Assembly: GCF_006345805.1 (NCBI RefSeq)
Contig: NC_043007.1
Location: 30,814,001 to 30,878,000 of the forward strand
Direction: 5' to 3'
DNA length: 64,000 bases
Origin: Octopus sinensis
Taxonomy: Eukaryota
The position numbers and the translations under genes are program-made. The notes below the pieces were generated by a model, which did not search any database, had not been told where the DNA came from, and was given only the letters and a program-made list of their open reading frames with translations. Below are positions 63,111-64,000 of the stretch, piece by piece. Numbering within the stretch: the stretch's first letter is position 1; each line of letters starts with the position of its first letter.

Positions 63111-63479
63111 CTCAGGCCCATCAAATGCTTTAGTTCCTTCTTGTCTTAGAGCACGCACCTTAATACTTATAATGCACCCTTCGTGTTTAGCGTTGAAGAA
63201 TTGGTCCAGGACTATCTCACGGCCAGCACGGCGGCTGCAATGCCTTTCCTAAGCGCCTCTTCTAAATTTCTACCTAAGTTCCCTTCTGTTATATTTATTT
63301 CTATCACTAATCCCTTACTAAACCTAACTGGTTGTTGACGATTGCCCCCATCAATTAGACCATCCGTTTTTACTCTGTGGTTTTTAAAAAAATCAAAAAT
63401 AAAGAAGAAAGATTAGGAATCTTGAGATGTTGTTTGTTGCACACATGTCTGAATGTTTGTTCAGAGGAATCTGTCCAAC

Positions 63480-64000
63480 ATTACGGTTTGGTATCTGCTA
63501 TTTATGAATAGTAAGTCAGCATCTCAAAGAAGAATTTGTTTCCCCTGTGTAATCTTCGTTAGAACCGTTACATTCAATTAAATGTTTGGATGAACAGGTG
63601 AAAATCCTTTTGACAGTGAAAATATATCCCGATTTGAATTTATAAGGTGTGTCTTTCCATAATGCAGATGCAAGTCCCGCTTTTGGAACCGCCATACTTT
63701 TTGACTTTTGAGATTGTGTTTTTGGGTGGCAATTTGGCGTCGATTTTGGTTGTCTTTTGCTTTCAGTTATTTTGAATATTTCAAGTGCATTTCTCATCTT
63801 TTAGTCTTGTTTCAATAACAGGATGTTTTGGCAGGTTAATTCTGATTTTCTTGGGCTGTGTGTTGTTATGTTAGATTATTTGGTATATTGGAATTGTTTT
63901 TGTTCTTCGTATTTCTTGAATATACATTGCTTTGTCTCATTCTATCTTATTATCAATAAAGTGTAAATGTATCTAACCAAAGTTGCACTGAAAACTTTAT
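63480..64000 (-). mobile_element. Penelope-like fragment running off the window end
   Basis: ITESKRQPKS...YKFKSGYIFTVKRIFTCSS...CNGSNEDYTGET parallels the 56810-57532 protein. Confidence 0.75.

Overview
Eukaryotic, very repeat-rich scaffold segment with a 100-N gap at 22048-22147. The SINE families and dense (TA)n/(CA)n/(ATAG)n tracts point to an Octopus genome (recognised from the repeats, not from a search). No intact host protein-coding gene can be supported; nearly all ORFs in the track are microsatellite read-throughs or decayed transposon pieces. Identifiable content: at least three tRNA-headed SINE groups (CORE-like, Meta/Sauria-like, V-domain-type); decayed LINEs of the R4/Dong, CR1/L2, RTE and Tx1/L1 clades; two Penelope (GIY-YIG) fragments; one full-length and several partial Tc1/mariner elements; and many fold-back (MITE-like) elements. 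Most notable: (1) a ~1.46 kb fold-back element at 35.3-36.8 kb whose long arms are built from ~320-bp tandem units carrying a tRNA-like cloverleaf with A/B boxes and a T-run terminator; (2) several minimal type-I hammerhead-ribozyme-like motifs, two with the U3-A8 compensatory core, one at a Penelope 3' end and others in ORF-less ~200-bp elements; (3) a 15-bp minisatellite with higher-order structure that expanded in frame inside an RTE LINE; (4) a 201-bp near-perfect palindrome.
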